This document shows positions 24,346 through 34,967 of a stretch of DNA of 64,000 nucleotides, piece after piece. The stretch spans positions 45,448,001 to 45,512,000 of the forward strand of contig NC_086097.1 in NCBI RefSeq assembly GCF_963921235.1. Reading direction: 5' to 3'. Under the pieces are notes generated by a model. It was given only the letters and a program-made list of their open reading frames with translations. It ran no database searches and was not told where the DNA came from. The position numbers were made by a program, and so were the translations under genes. The first letter of the stretch is position 1; the number at the start of each line of letters is the position of its first letter. Source of the DNA: Mobula hypostoma. Taxonomy: Eukaryota.

Positions 24346-24383
24346 CAGTCGACGTTTCGGGCCGAGACCCTTCGTCAGGACTA
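24346..24383 (-). ncRNA. Minimal hammerhead ribozyme motif, intact core
   Basis: Reverse complement reads tagtc-CTGACGA-a-ggg(tctcgg)ccc-GAAAC-GTC-gactg. Confidence 0.8.
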
Positions 24384-25606
24384 ACTGAAGGAAAAACTAG
24401 TAACAGATTTGAAAGTGGGAGGGGGAAGGGAGAGTCATTGACATATAACATTAAAAAGAAGGCCCCCATCACCCAGGACATGCCCTGTTCTCACTGTTAC
24501 CAGCAGGAAGGAAGTACAGGAACCTAAAGGCACACACTCAGCATTTCAGAAACAGCTTCTTCTCTGATTTTTAAATGGACATTGAACCCATGAACACACA
24601 TGAAATGCAGGCCAGGCAGCTTCTATAGGAGAAAAAAGTACAGTTGACGTTTCTGGCTGAAATTCTTCGGCAGGACAGGGAAAAAAACGGCTGAGGAGTA
24701 GATTTAAAAGGTGGAGGGAGGGGACAGAGAAATAGAAGGCGACAGGTGAAACCTGGAGGGGGAGGGATGAAGCAAAGAGCTGGGAATTTGATTGATGAAA
24801 GAGACAGAAGGCCATGGAAGTGAAAAGGGAGAAGCTGAAGCACCAGAGGGAGGTGATGGGTGGGCAAGGAGATAAGGTGAGGGAGGGAAAAGGGGATGGG
24901 AAATGGTGAAGTGTGGAGGGGAGGTGGGAGGCATTACCAGAAGGTTGAGAAATCGATGTTCATGCCATCAGGTTGGAGGCTACCCAAACGGAATATAAGG
25001 TGTTGTTCCTCCAACCTAAGTGTGGCCTCATCACGACAGTGGAGGAAGCCATGGATGGACATATCGGAATGGGAATGGGAAGTAGAATTAAAATGGGTGG
25101 CTACTGGGAGATCCCGCTTTTTCTGGCGGACGGAGCTTATATGCTCGGCGAAGCGGTCTCCCAGTCTACGTCAGGTCTCCCCGATATACAGGAGGCCACA
25201 TCGGGAACACCGAACACAGTATATGACCCCAACAGAGTCATAGATGAAGTGTCGCCTCACCTGGAAAGACTGTTTAGAGCCCTAAATGGTAGTGCGGGAG
25301 GAGTTGTAGGGGCAGGTGTAGCACTTGTTTCGCTTGTAAGAATAAGTGCCAGGAGGGAGATCAGTGGGGAGGGACGAATGTACAAGGGAGTCGCATAGGG
25401 AGCGATTCCTGCCGAAAGTAGAAAGTGGAGGGGGCGGGGGGATGGAGGGAGGAAAGATGTGTTTGGTGGTGGCGGAAGTTTCAATCAATTATGTGCTGGA
25501 TACCGGAGGCTGGTGGGGTGGTAGGTGAGGACGAGAGGGACCCTATCCCCAGTAGGGTGGCGGGAGGATGGGGTAAGAGTAGACGTGCGTGAAATGAAAG
25601 AGGTGC

Positions 25607-26091
25607 GGTTCACCAGATTGATTCCTGGGATGGCAGGACTTTCATATGATGAAAGACTGGATCGACTAGGCTTATACTCGTTGGAATTTAGAAGATTGAG
25701 GGGGGATCTTATTGAAACATATAAAACCCTAAAGGGATTGGACAGGCTAGATGCAGGAAGATTGTTCCCGATGTTGGGGAAGTCCAGAACGAGGGGTCAC
25801 AGTTTAAGGATAAAGGGGAAGCCTTTTAGGACCGAGATTAGGAAAAACCTCTTCACACAGAGAGTGGTGAATCTGTGGAATTCTCTGCCACAGGAAACAG
25901 TTGTGGCCAGTTCATTGGCCATATTTAAGAGGGAGTTAGATATGGTCCTTGTGGCTAAAGGGATCAGGGGGTATGGGGGGAAGGCTGGTACAGGGTTCTG
26001 AGTTGGATGATCAGCCATGATCATACTGAATGGCGGTGCAGGCTCGAAGGGCCGAATGGCCTACTCCTGCACCTATTTTCTATGTTTCTAT
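25607..26091 (+). mobile_element. CR1 LINE 3' end nested in Penelope
   Basis: C-terminal part of ORF 25525-26001 (RFTRLIPGMAGLSY...FTQRVVNLWNSLP). Tail ttctatgtttctatg. Penelope sequence resumes afterwards. Confidence 0.93.
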
Positions 26092-29029
26092 GAATGCAGC
26101 CTTGATAGTGGAAGAAGAGAAACTCTAGTCTTTGAAAAAGGAGGACATTTCCTTCGTCCTAAAATGAAAAGCCTCATCCCGAGAGCAGATGTGGCGGAGA
26201 CGGAGGAATTGAGAGAAGGGGATGGCGTTTTTACAAGTAGCAGAGCGGGACGAGGTTTAGTCCAGGTAGCTGTGAGAGTCCGTGGTTTGTAATAGACGCC
26301 GGTGGATAAGCTGTCTACAGAGATAGAGACAGTGAGATCGAGAAAGGGAAGGAAGGTGTCGGAAATGGACTGGGTGAATTTGAGGGCAGGGTGGAAGCTG
26401 GAGGCAAAAAGTGCAATAAAAGATTGATAGTTTCTTACTTTAATGCGTTTTTTATACTACTAGCTATCATCAAGATTGCAAGATAATACACGGTTATATT
26501 TCTATATAATGATATTTTCTCGGTTGTAACATATCCACCACATTTCTGCAGCCACTGAATTGGTTAATAATATTAGTAACTTAACTATAACTCACTCAGC
26601 GATTCCCATCTGCCATGCGATTTCTAAATGGACATTGAACCCATGAACACTACCTCATGACTTTTGTATTTCTGTTATTTTGTATTACTTATTTTAAGCT
26701 AACTATTTAACAGACATATACACTTAATGTAACTCAGCTTTTTCTCTATATTTATTTATCATCTATTTCATTGTACTGCTGCATAAAGTTAACAAAGTTC
26801 ACAACATATGGCGGTGATATTAAATCTGATTCTGAACTCTGCATTAGAATAGTAACGAAAGTGGCATTCTCATCTCTGATTTGATGTTTTGTAGATTCAA
26901 GACATGGTTTTGGACAGAATACTGAATAAATGAGGCTCCAGATTCAAATTTCAGAATCTCCAATCTTCTGACCATAAATTTCAAGACATCGGAGGATGCG
27001 ATCCTAATAAAGGATGGAATTAGTATGTGATTAGAGATAAACTTTCGGAAAAGTACAGGGCCAGGCGTTCTGGGCCGAAGGATTAGTTTCGGTTCTGTGT
27101 GACTCTGTGGTTATACACAGCCTAAGCACCTTAATGTAGTAATGGCAGATTGCTCTTTATCGAAGTTGGTAAACTTTGGCACTCTTAAAGAGTAGCGGAC
27201 TCCTCAACTTAGTGGCTGCTGTCAAATTAAAGCTATCCACAGCCCCACGTATTGACAGAAGTGACTGACATTGCATTTTAATGAGGAATCTATTAATCAG
27301 GAGGTATGCTTGTGCAGGTATAGATTTTCTTTTAATAATCCATAAGGCTTATCGAAGCCTAGCGGCATGGGAAAACAAGATAGTAAAAGTGAAGGGTTTG
27401 ACTTTTTAATGATATCAAACCAACAATTCAGAATCTGAAATATATTAAAGTGTGATCCTACCAATAATAGACCCTGAATGGTCTAGGAAAAGTAATATAA
27501 TTCTGTTCATAAAAAGATCCCGTTCAGCATGCACGCGTTAATAGAAAAGATTAAACTCCTTTACAATGCGATCACTAGAGCAAAATCATTAATTTTAACA
27601 AAGAAGGTGAAACTGAGCCCTGGCCGACTGTGCTGAACACAGTTCGGAGAGCACTGAACTGAGTTTGATTTATCAGTTTACCCTTAATGCTCCGTCGATA
27701 GTAACCGATAGCTTCCAGCGCTTGTATTCTGGGCGTTCCCATTTAAAATTAGTTTGCAAATTATTCAACTTGCACAATTCTTCTCCAAAGAACTTGTATT
27801 GTGTATGCTCCTTCTGAATTGACAGGATCCATGAAAAGCTTCACAGCCAAATTTAATACGTTTTAAGAAATTCCGTTACACTATGTAATTGGGGAGGACA
27901 ATTCAGAACATTGAAATAAAGGAAAAATCCTGGTGAATTGATGCAGCAACGTTTTTATTTGTTGAAAACATCACTCACTAAGTTACCTTTCCTGCAGAAA
28001 TTGAATAGGCGGCATCTCAAATAACTCAAGTGTTTATCTACCTAAATCACATTCTTTTGGCAGATAGCGATTTTAACCTTCCTCGCAGAATAGTATTCCG
28101 GCTGTCAGCCACAAAGCTTTCTTTCGTGCTCTTAGTACGAGCCGAGGCCAGGGGCCCTTTTCTCTCCTAACGTGCCGGACCTGGGCCGCTTCACTTTTAT
28201 TTCCACTGGGATCTAAAAGGGTGTAAAAGACTGGAGTCGTGATAGGCCTCACAGTATCACGGTTATGCTTGTTTGCTGCTGTGAAAATTGGATCAGGGGA
28301 TCAGAATCAGCTTTATTATCACTGACGTACTGTATATCGTGAAATCGATTGTTTTACATTTCAATTCATTTAAAAATTACTGCACGTTACAACAGGAAAT
28401 GTCAAATAAATAAATAATGCGAAAAGAGAAGAAGTTAGTGTTCATGGTCAAGTTCAATATGAATTTTTGCAATATTGCAAACGTGCCAACAAATATGTGC
28501 AAACACTGATGCTCTCTAAGATCCTGTGGGGCCTAATGAGCAGCTTCGTTGTTGTGAGATGCAACACAATGTCATGGCTTCAAATGTGGGTTATAATGCT
28601 TCAAAAACAAAATAATGGTCATTAATTACAATGGGTGTCCAAACATTATTACAGCATATGGAAACAATGCTACTAATATTAAAAATCTTGCACCTTTCAC
28701 ATTCTTCCGAGCACACAGCAAACAATTAAGTATACCGTAGTACTTTTTATAATGTAATAGAATCGTTGGTGTAATTGTTGGAACTGTGGCAGTCATCACC
28801 ACCTCCGACAAACATCAGTATGCTCAATGATTGCTTACTTGATTGTCCATCGTATCCGACAATGACAGATTCAAAACATGCACGGGGCAGTTTTAAAATT
28901 TGAAAAGCTGTTGCACTGAGGATCCAGTGGAACGAGTAGCTATCACAGCTGGGGTCTTCTTTGGTTGCAGTGGATGACCGCGTCTTTAAATGTGCCTTGT
29001 TGTGCCCTTCGATCTCGACGAAACATTGC

Positions 29030-29257
29030 AGAACTGCCTTCCACCACCACTGTCCACCATTCAGGCCATACTCTCTTCTCATGCGACCATCGGGAAGGAG
29101 GTACAGGAGCCTCAGGTCCCACACCACCAGGTTCAGGAACAGTTATTACTCTTCAACCATCAGGCTCTTGAACCAGTGTGGATAACTTCACTCACCTCAG
29201 CTCTGAACTGATTCGACAACCTGTGGACTCACTTTCAAGGACTCTACAACACACGTG
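29030..29257 (+). mobile_element. Rex1/Babar-type LINE 3' fragment
   Basis: ORF 28961-29185 ends PSGRRYRSLRSHTTRFRNSYYSSTIRLLN. Confidence 0.8.
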
Positions 29258-29344
29258 CTCTGCGTTATTAATTTAGTTATTATTGCTGCCCCCTCATCGA
29301 GCTCGTATGGAAACTTGGCTGGTTGCCGGGCCCTCTACCAGCCA

Positions 29345-29967
29345 CGTGACTCAGCGGCGAGAAGGCCGGCTTTCATAAAAAGGGTCGGTATGATTTGGGC
29401 CCAACGAAACAGGAACGTTGTGATGTTCCAATTGAAGAAACCTCGTTTTGACAGAATGCTGTGTAAGTACTGCCCATACACAATTGTTGGTCGGCAAGAA
29501 ATAACAAATAGTCCATCACATAAAATTATAAAGAAAGTAAAATTACGAATTTCAGCTTTATCGAACAGTTAGTCGGAATAAAATAAAGGCCCCATTACAG
29601 TTAAAACCGGTCAGAATATGCACATTGTTGGGACTCTTGTTGAAATTGTCTTTTTACTCACTCTGCGTGAAAGGACACACCACATTCCGAACATCGCTGG
29701 AAATCCACCTCGAGCAAACGGGCTCTTTCTTTTGGGAGTATTGGCCCTTCTTCTTTGGACCAATTCATCTGCATAAAGCACCTTGTGCAACAGGGACGCT
29801 CCTTCCCACGGCATCCTCTCCGCAGCTCCCGCCAAAAAGACCATGAACCCTACCAGTGTTCGACACAAATCTCTTCCCGCCCAGCTTTCTCCAGAACCTA
29901 CTCCCAATTCCACCATCCTTGGCTGGCTGACACAACATTCCTAAGTTGAACATCACATACCATTACA
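29345..29967 (-). mobile_element. LTR-like element, related to 12520-12988
   Basis: Reverse strand starts TGTAATG (29967) and contains gggccttt...ataaagctgaa...gttatttc. It ends gagtcacg and is followed directly by TGG. Confidence 0.45.
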
Positions 29968-30057
29968 CGTGTTGTAGAGTCCTTGAAAGTGAGTCCACAG
30001 GTTGTGGAACCAGTTCAGAGTTGAGGTGAGTGAAGTTATCCAAACACGCTAAGAGCA

Positions 30058-30670
30058 GAACACAAACACAGGAAATCTGCAGATGCTGGAAATTCAAGCA
30101 ATACACATCAAAGTTGCCGGTGAATGCAGCAGGCCAGGCAGCATCTCTAGGAAGAGGTACAGTTGATGTTTCGGGCTGAGACCCTTCGTCAGGACTAACT
30201 GAAGGAAGAGCTCGTAAGAGGTTTGAAATTGGGAGGGGCAGGGGGAGATCCAAAATGATAGGAGAAGACAGGAGGGGGAGGGATGGAGCCAAGAGCTGGA
30301 CAGGTGATTGGCAAAAGGTGATATGAGAGGATCATGGGCGGGGGGCGGGGGGGGGAGGCCCAGGGAGAAAGAAAAGGGGGAGGAGGGGAAAAAACCCAGA
30401 GGATGGGCAAAGGGTATAGTGGGAGGGACAGAGGGAGAAAAAGGAGAGAGAGAAAGAGAAAAAGAAAAAGAATGTGTGTATATAAATAAATAACAGATGG
30501 GGTACGAGGGGGAGGTGGGGCATTAGCGGAAGTTTGAGAAGTCAATGTTCATACCATCAGGTTGGAGGCTACCCAGACGGAACATAAGGTGTTGTTCCTC
30601 CAACCCGAGTGTGGCTTTGTCTTTACTGTGAGACATATCAGAGCGGGAATGGGACGTGGAATTAAAATGT
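30058..30670 (-). mobile_element. Penelope 3' fragment with hammerhead-like motif (30160-30197)
   Basis: Matches 24283-24430 almost exactly. Purine-rich 3' UTR and the GIY-YIG end (EEQHLMFRLGSLQPDGMNID on the reverse strand). Confidence 0.85.
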
Positions 30671-30849
30671 GCACACACTGCTTTTGCAGATAACTTTAGC
30701 ATAGCAGTAAACCTCTTAACCAGGGCATTACATCATTATTTTAATTTTTTACATACATACATACATACAAAACCAACAGCACAATACAGACAATTCGGCC
30801 CACAAAGCTGTGCCGAATATGTCCTTATTTTAGAAATTAACACGAGGTG

Positions 30850-32057
30850 TTCATATTCCGAAGTGTTTCAATTTCCGCTTTTAATTCAGCATATTTCTGG
30901 TGCTTTTCACTTATTGTTTTCTGTAAGTTATGTGTGTTTGGAATGGCTATATCTATTAAGAAGTTGTTCTAGCTTGTTTATCCTGTATTATCATATCTGG
31001 ACAGTTATATGGATTGTCAAACTGTAATAACAGATCCGTCGTAATATAGTTTGTAGTATTCTGACCCTAAAATGGGATCAGGCTTGTATATACAGGAAGG
31101 TATGATTTCTTTTATGAGTTTGTATTTTAAAGCAAGATTTCGATGAATGATGTTTGTCACTTGATTTTGCCTGTGTAAGTAATCAGATTGAGTTAAACTG
31201 CTACAGGGTCCTGTAATATGTTGCATTGTTTCTGCTTTTTCTTGGCATTTTCTACATTTATCATCCTGAATTTGTTAGTGTTTTATTATGTATCTTTGAT
31301 AATTTTTGTGTTAACCACCTGGTGTCCTGTCTTGCCACAAGGAACCCTTCTGTTTCTGGGAAGTTGTCTCCAACTCTGAGCCAGGTGCTTGGCTCTCCTT
31401 GATGACATCTAGTCAGCTCAGATCATGGGGTATCTCTGTCATTGGTTAACATTTTCTTCAATACTGACAATGTCTTCATGTTTCTGGCTTGTGCTCTCAT
31501 TTAAGTTAGTGATGTATACTGTACTTCTTATCAGAATTGCAAATGCTCATATGGAGAGCTGAATCTTGTTTTCATTGATGAAAGTATATCCTTAAAAGTT
31601 TTATCTGACTGTTGTGAAGATTTTTAATGTCTAGATTATTATTATTATTTATTTTTCTCAGCTCAAGCTGGTAAAACCTGAGGTGCAGGCATAGCCAAGC
31701 ACGCTCATTCCTCAATTGCTAGGAACTTTCAGAATATTCTAGTGTATTTAGTATTCTGGCTTTCTGAAGATTTATATAGATGTTGCTGTGTAGCCCTAAT
31801 TGTTTAATGCTGTTGTGTAGTGCCTTTGGGATGTTATCAGTTGTAGATATTACATCTCCAATGTAAACCCTGTTCATATTCCAAAGTTGTTCAATTTCCT
31901 CTCTTAATTCAGCATATTTCTGGTGTTTTTCACTTATTGATTTCTGTAAGTTATGTGTGTTTGGAATGAATATATCTATCAAGAAAGTTGTTCTTGCTTG
32001 TTTATCCTGTATTATTATATCTGGACAGTTATTATGGATTGTCCTATCTGTAATAAT
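30850..32057 (-). mobile_element. R4/Dong-clade non-LTR retrotransposon (restriction-like endonuclease), two tandem fragments
   Basis: Reverse strand CRKCQEKAETMQHITGPC (C-x2-C-x8-H-x4-C) at about 31203-31256. PD..D-type nuclease NCPDIIIQDKQARTTFLIDIFIP...EKHQKYAEL...LQKARIL (ORF 31719-31982). (TAA)n at 31636-31649 and 32061-32077. Confidence 0.8.
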
Positions 32058-32767
32058 GGGTATTATTATTTATTATTCAATTTGCACAGATGATCTTCTT
32101 TTGTACATTGATGGTTTGTCATTCTTTTTGTGTTGTTTTTCATTGATTCGATTGTATTGCCTGCAAGAAAATGAATCTCAGAGCAGTCCTTATATGGTGA
32201 CATATACGTCCTTTGATAATAAGTTTATTCTGAACTTTGAACTTTCCTGGCCGTTAGATCTCACTATTGATGTCATGCCCTCAGTCCACCAGAAACAACG
32301 TTGGATGCTAGGACAGGGATGTCGCTATTTCTCCAGGCTATATAGCCCTAGACACTGGGTAGTGTGATCATTACTAAGTTATTAAAGTATAAAATGACTT
32401 GAATATCAGAGATAATTGGCCGACTTCTCCATGGATTATTTTGAGAGAAATCAATCAAAGGCTCAGTTAACTTCACATCCGTGCTACAGTGTTGTCCTCA
32501 GTAAAACATCAGAGTGCAGGGCTTTGTTTCAAAGGCAGAAGAGCTGCAAGCTGAGCCATAGCTGAAGGGTCCTTGATTCCTATACGTTTAGTGCCCCATT
32601 CAGACCAATACATATCTCAAATATGCCAGTTTGCGCTGTGATTTGATCTAAGTATGTTTTATTCCCCATATCAATGTTATCCTCCTTCCAGAAAGACTGG
32701 CCTAAAATTCTGCCATGTTGCTTTTTCTGTACCCTTGAGCCTGACTTTATTCATTCCAATCTAAAAT

Positions 32768-33065
32768 GGGAGGCATGGTAGTGTAGTGGTTAGGACAGTG
32801 ATTTACAGTACATGCGACATGGGTTCAATTCCCACCACTGTCCTGTAAAGAGTTTCTATGTTCTCCCCTTGACACATAAGTTTCCTCCAGGTGCTCCGGT
32901 TTCCTCCCACAGTCCAAAGACATACTGGTTAGTAAGTTAATTGGTCATTGTAAATTGTCCTGTAATTAGACTAGGATTAAATCAGAGGATTGCTGGGTGC
33001 CGTGGCTCAAATGGCTGGAAGGGCTGATTCCATTCTGTATCTCAATAAATAAATAAATAAATAAA
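32768..33065 (+). mobile_element. tRNA-derived V-SINE (HE1-like)
   Basis: A box tggtagtgtagtgg and B box gggttcaattccc. V-domain gtttcctccaggtgctccggtttcctcccacagtccaaagac. (AAAT)n tail. Confidence 0.85.
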
Positions 33066-33397
33066 GAAATAACCTTCCAACTATAAATCAGAAATATGCA
33101 AATGTTGTGGATCTGAGATAAAATAAGCAGATCAGGCAGCACTTGAGGAAAGGGAAACAAAGTTAATGTTTATATTCAGAGTTCAAAGTATATTTATTAT
33201 CAAAATATCTATATGGAATAGAACTCTGGGGATTCGACCTCCCACAGGCAACCACAAAACAAAGAGACAGCAGGGAACCCGTTCCTAAAAAAATCAACAA
33301 ACACCTAACGTGCGAAAAAAGAACAAACTATGTAAACAACAAAAAGCAAATGAACAATATATCAACATCAAACCAGGAGTCCAGGAGTGTTCAGTTT

Positions 33398-33525
33398 ACA
33401 AACACAAGAAGAACTGCAGATGCTGGAAATCCATGGCCACACACACAAAATGTTAGAGGAACTCAGCACGTCTATGGAGATGAATAAACGGTCGATGTTT
33501 CGGGCCGAGACCCTTCAGCAGGGCA
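33398..33525 (-). mobile_element. Short Penelope 3' module
   Basis: ctgcagatgctggaaatcc...gaggaactcagca...gtcgatgtttcgggccgagacccttcagcagg, a degenerate hammerhead. Confidence 0.75.
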
Positions 33526-33916
33526 GTTTAGTTCAGGTCAGTGCCGCTGGCTGACTGCAGACTGCAGGGCCAGTTTTCACCAAAGCTCCCATTTGTTAAA
33601 GACCATTTCCTAGTTCTGATGAAATGTTAACTCGATATTCTAATATTCCTCTCGCTGAATCTCATCCTCTCCTCGCTAGAAACACTGACTCATCCAGAAT
33701 GTTGCTATCCAATCACTAATCTATATCTACTAAAATCTGGTAAAAGGTCTCGAACATGAACAGTTGGACTTGTCTCACTTCCCTCAGATGTGGCTTAACC
33801 TGCTGAGTATTTCCATCAGTTTTAAATTTTACACTAGTCAACATATATTCAATAATCATCCCATCCCTGTAATTACTGACTGCCATTGCTTCCTAGGCAA
33901 CTACTATATCAGATTA

Positions 33917-34108
33917 AACTCAGCAGGCCAGGCAGCATCTATAGAAAAGAGTAAACAGTCAACGTTTTGGGCCAAGATCTTGATGAAGGGTCTCTGGCTG
34001 AAACATCAACTGTTGACTTTTTTCCATAGATGCTGCCTGGCCTGCTGAGTTCCTCCAGCATTTTGTGTGTGTTGCTTGGATTTCCAGCATCTGCAAATTT
34101 TCTCATAT
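33917..34108. mobile_element. Fold-back (palindromic) Penelope mini-element
   Basis: aactcagcaggccaggcagcatctat (33917-) pairs with atagatgctgcctggcctgctgagtt (-34051). TSD tcagattaaactc (33909-33921) / tcagtttaaactc (34109-34121). Confidence 0.8.
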
Positions 34109-34388
34109 TCAGTTTAAACTCTGTTCATAATCTCATTTAGGACCTATTTGCAGAAAATAATTGTAATTCTCACTGTAAACTCCTGCAAATCTCCACCTTC
34201 CTCATCTCAATCCACAATTTTCTACTCACATTGAAGCCAAGTTTTAGAACTCTCCTAGTCCCATTTTATTATCTTGGTGTACATTCTTTTCTGCACCTAT
34301 GTGTATGCCCTTGGGATTTCTAAATACATTATATTAAGGATTCTTTATAAATTCAAATTGATGCTGATGTGGCAATGCTTGTAAGAAT

Positions 34389-34589
34389 AAACAGCAACAA
34401 GCAATCTGCTGGAGTAACTCATCAAGTCAAGGAGCATCTGTGGAAGGAAATGAATTGTACAAGTTTCAGGTTAAAGCCTTGCTTTAGGACGAATTCCTTT
34501 TACCCCACCCACAGATGCTGCTCAATTTGCTGAGTTCCTCCAGCAGGTTGCTACTCCAGCTTCCAGCATCTGCAATCTCCGTGTCTCCT
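34389..34589. mobile_element. Fold-back Penelope mini-element (older)
   Basis: ctgctggagtaactca...gcatctgtgg versus ccacagatgc...tgagttcctccagcag. TSD cttgtaagaat (34378-34388) / cttgtaaaaat (34590-34600). Confidence 0.7.
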
Positions 34590-34850
34590 CTTGTAAAAAT
34601 TGATCTTATATTAAAAATCCAGCAATCATCCTAACCATCTTTTAAACGTTCCAAATTTCTACCCTAATTATTCTACCATGTGCTTTGTATCATGGCACAT
34701 TCAGGGAGTTGGGCCCCCCAAATCCAAATGACATTCCACCTCCCTATTCTTTCCCTACTGAGTGCCTTCACAAAGCTGTGGATCATTTGAGTCCATTTCT
34801 CTGTTCAAAATCATGATCCCCTCATTCTGAGGCCCTCTTTCTAGAAGCTC

Positions 34851-34967
34851 ATAAACACAAGAAATCCTGCAGATGATGGAAATCCAGAGTAACACACACA
34901 AAACGCTTATTCCTCTTCACAGATGCTGCCTGACCTGCTGAGTTGCTCCAGCATTTTGTGTTTGTCA
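34851..34967. mobile_element. Fold-back Penelope mini-element
   Basis: Minus-orientation tail (ctgcagatgatggaaatccag...cacacaaaacgct) fused to a plus-orientation piece (gatgctgcctgacctgctgag...agcattttgtg). Possible TSD ttctagaagct / ttccagaagtt. Confidence 0.65.

Larger units (their letters stand above)
24283..26408 (-). mobile_element. Penelope-like element fragments (interrupted by a Rex1 tail about 24430-24595 and CR1 25607-26091)
   Basis: Homologous to 9685-11500. Reverse strand gives GIY-YIG region pieces (KCYTCP, LYIGET). Hammerhead motifs at 24346-24383 and a degenerate one at 24641-24678. Confidence 0.85.

Noticed and set aside
32768..32845. tRNA-like A/B boxes
   Set aside because: No proper cloverleaf. 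It is the head of a V-SINE continuing into the V-domain and an (AAAT)n tail.
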